In this document: positions 62,586 through 64,000 of the stretch, one piece after another
Position numbering within the stretch: the stretch's first letter is position 1
Layout: every line of letters begins with the position of its first letter
Assembly (NCBI GenBank): GCA_043228905.1
Contig: JBHGNT010000002.1
Location: forward strand, 15,624,001 to 15,688,000
DNA: 64,000 nucleotides
Direction of reading: 5' to 3'
From: Azolla caroliniana
Lineage: Eukaryota > Plantae > Polypodiophyta
Position numbers and translations under genes: made by a program
The notes under the pieces: generated by a model
The model's input: the letters and a program-made list of their open reading frames with translations, nothing else
What the model was told of the DNA's origin: nothing
Databases searched by the model: none

Positions 62586-63184
62586 ATAAAGAGACATAAA
62601 TGTAAAAAGAAGGAAATACTCACTACTGCGCGTGGCGTGATTCGAACTCTGCACCTCCACGTTGACAAACCCCAACCTTACCATTACATTAACTTATCTT
62701 AAGTGTTTTAAATATAGATTTAATACGTATAAGACCTTTATTTATGCATACCTTTGTTAAAAGGTAAATCATGTATTTTTAGAGTGCGTGAATATTTTAT
62801 AGAAAAACGCAAGCGACTAAAAAGTGACCCATGCACATTTAGCGTGCATGAACATATTAGAAAAAGCATGTAGCTATGCTTAGTCTCTCCCATCACTATA
62901 TAAGGATGGGGAGCACATTGTAGTTTTTGTTGATTTTTTGGATTAAGAATTAATCAATACAAAAATTATTCGTGGGATTCACGATTTATACGTCTACTTC
63001 TCTCTTAACACCCTAAGTACCAATTAATATAGTATACTCGTGTGATTCACGAGTTTCTTATCTTTCTCTTTGCTATTTACTCATAATTAATCTCTATCTC
63101 ACGAACTTCTTTCTCCTAGTCCAAGACCTCTGTGGTTCCCACCCGACTCACGCAACGATCCGGAGCCGAAAGGCACGACACAGT

Positions 63185-63202
63185 TGGTGAACCCGACGTG
63201 AA
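63185..63202 (+). promoter_or_regulatory. Primer-binding site complementary to the 3' end of tRNA-Trp
   Basis: TGGTGAACCCGACGTGAA is the reverse complement of TTCACGTCGGGTTCA-CCA, the plant cytosolic tRNA-Trp 3' end as I recall it. It lies 2 nt after ...ACA and 16 nt before the gag ATG. Confidence 0.85.
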
Positions 63203-63218
63203 GACGGGTGGCAAGGAG

Positions 63219-64000
63219 ATGGAGGCTCAACAAGCTAACAATATGATGGCGATGTTCGAACGGATGCTTCAAGAACAACGCACGATGTCGGAGATTTCGG
63301 CATCAGTAGAGCGGCTCGTGCAACGCAACGGGCAATTTAATGGTAAGGATGTGTCGCGATATTTGCAGGACTACAAGGCGGAGATGCTCCGGTGCCGGGC
63401 TTCGGAAGGACTGCAAGTGACATCCTTTAACCGGGTGGCGACCGACGGGCTTCAAGGGAGTATCCACGGGTTGCAACAACAAAATCCGACGTGGGAAGCA
63501 TTCGAAGAGGCGTTAAAGACCACGTTTGCCATCGAGGACTCCTCCAAGGCAACGCGGAGGGGATTCGAGGATTGGGTGGAAACGTCAGGTAAGGGGTTGA
63601 AGGTCCTCGAAGTGTTTTCGACATTCGAAAGTCGGTTCGGGAGGTTGTCCGCGAGAGATCAAACTATACTTGCGCCGGACAAAGTCATCATGTTTTTGCG
63701 AGCTGTGGACGTCCGGGACCGGAAAGATCTCGGAGTGCTTCTTGAGGACGCGACCACCGAAAGCGGCCTCACCGAAACATGGGAAAGCGTGCGGGATATC
63801 GTCGCGCGGTACACGAAGAGGGGGCAATGGCTTGCCAACGAAGAAAAGAGGGTTTCGGAACCGATTCCGAAACCGAGAACGGGACTGGAAGACCATCAAC
63901 CGAGGGCTCGGGAGATTACGGCCGAGAAGGGAGTCGACGCGTCTACGGTGGAGCAGCTGCTGAAGGAGATGGAGAATCTAAAGATCGCGATGGTGAAGAA
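63219..64000 (+). CDS. Gag of gypsy H (open to the window end, partial)
   Basis: MEAQQANNMMAMFERML...GQFNGKDVSRYL...DKVIMFLRAVDVRDRKDLGVLLED with no stop in 260 codons. It aligns with the F gag (GRFGGKNITDVL; DKVPLFLKAVDTKD*RELGSLLED). Confidence 0.85.
   Translation, partial: MEAQQANNMMAMFERMLQEQRTMSEISASVERLVQRNGQFNGKDVSRYLQDYKAEMLRCRASEGLQVTSFNRVATDGLQGSIHGLQQQNPTWEAFEEALKTTFAIEDSSKATRRGFEDWVETSGKGLKVLEVFSTFESRFGRLSARDQTILAPDKVIMFLRAVDVRDRKDLGVLLEDATTESGLTETWESVRDIVARYTKRGQWLANEEKRVSEPIPKPRTGLEDHQPRAREITAEKGVDASTVEQLLKEMENLKIAMVK

Larger units (their letters stand above)
59844..64000 (+). mobile_element. Ty3/gypsy H, 5' part: long presumed 5' LTR, tRNA-Trp PBS and gag; runs off the window
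   Basis: ...GACACA ends at 63182, PBS at 63185 and gag at 63219. The left border is uncertain (TG starts at 59844, 59882 or 59911) and the 3' LTR is not visible. Confidence 0.7.

Overview
Land-plant nuclear DNA. The copia and gypsy types look fern- or lycophyte-like, which is inference and cannot be fixed from the sequence. There is one intact host gene: a 15-exon, 536-aa plastid ADP-glucose pyrophosphorylase large subunit (5990-11686, +). The remainder is a nested transposon stack that can be largely reconstructed from target-site duplications (TSDs). It holds three LINE relics, a hAT transposon, six Ty1/copia elements, three Ty3/gypsy elements, three solo LTRs and further LTR fragments. Best leads: (1) a tRNA-Trp-primed gypsy whose ~3.3-kb region upstream of the primer-binding site (PBS) carries a 719-codon antisense coiled-coil frame broken only by TAG codons; (2) antisense tRNA-like A/B-box cassettes in two different LTRs that both begin TGTCATGATG; (3) copia elements with two polypurine tracts (PPTs) bracketing a charged extension of pol; (4) a candidate -1 frameshift after a gypsy protease; (5) an A-B'-A-B fold-back inside a solo LTR. 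All coordinates were counted by eye and may be off by a few bases. No database search was run.
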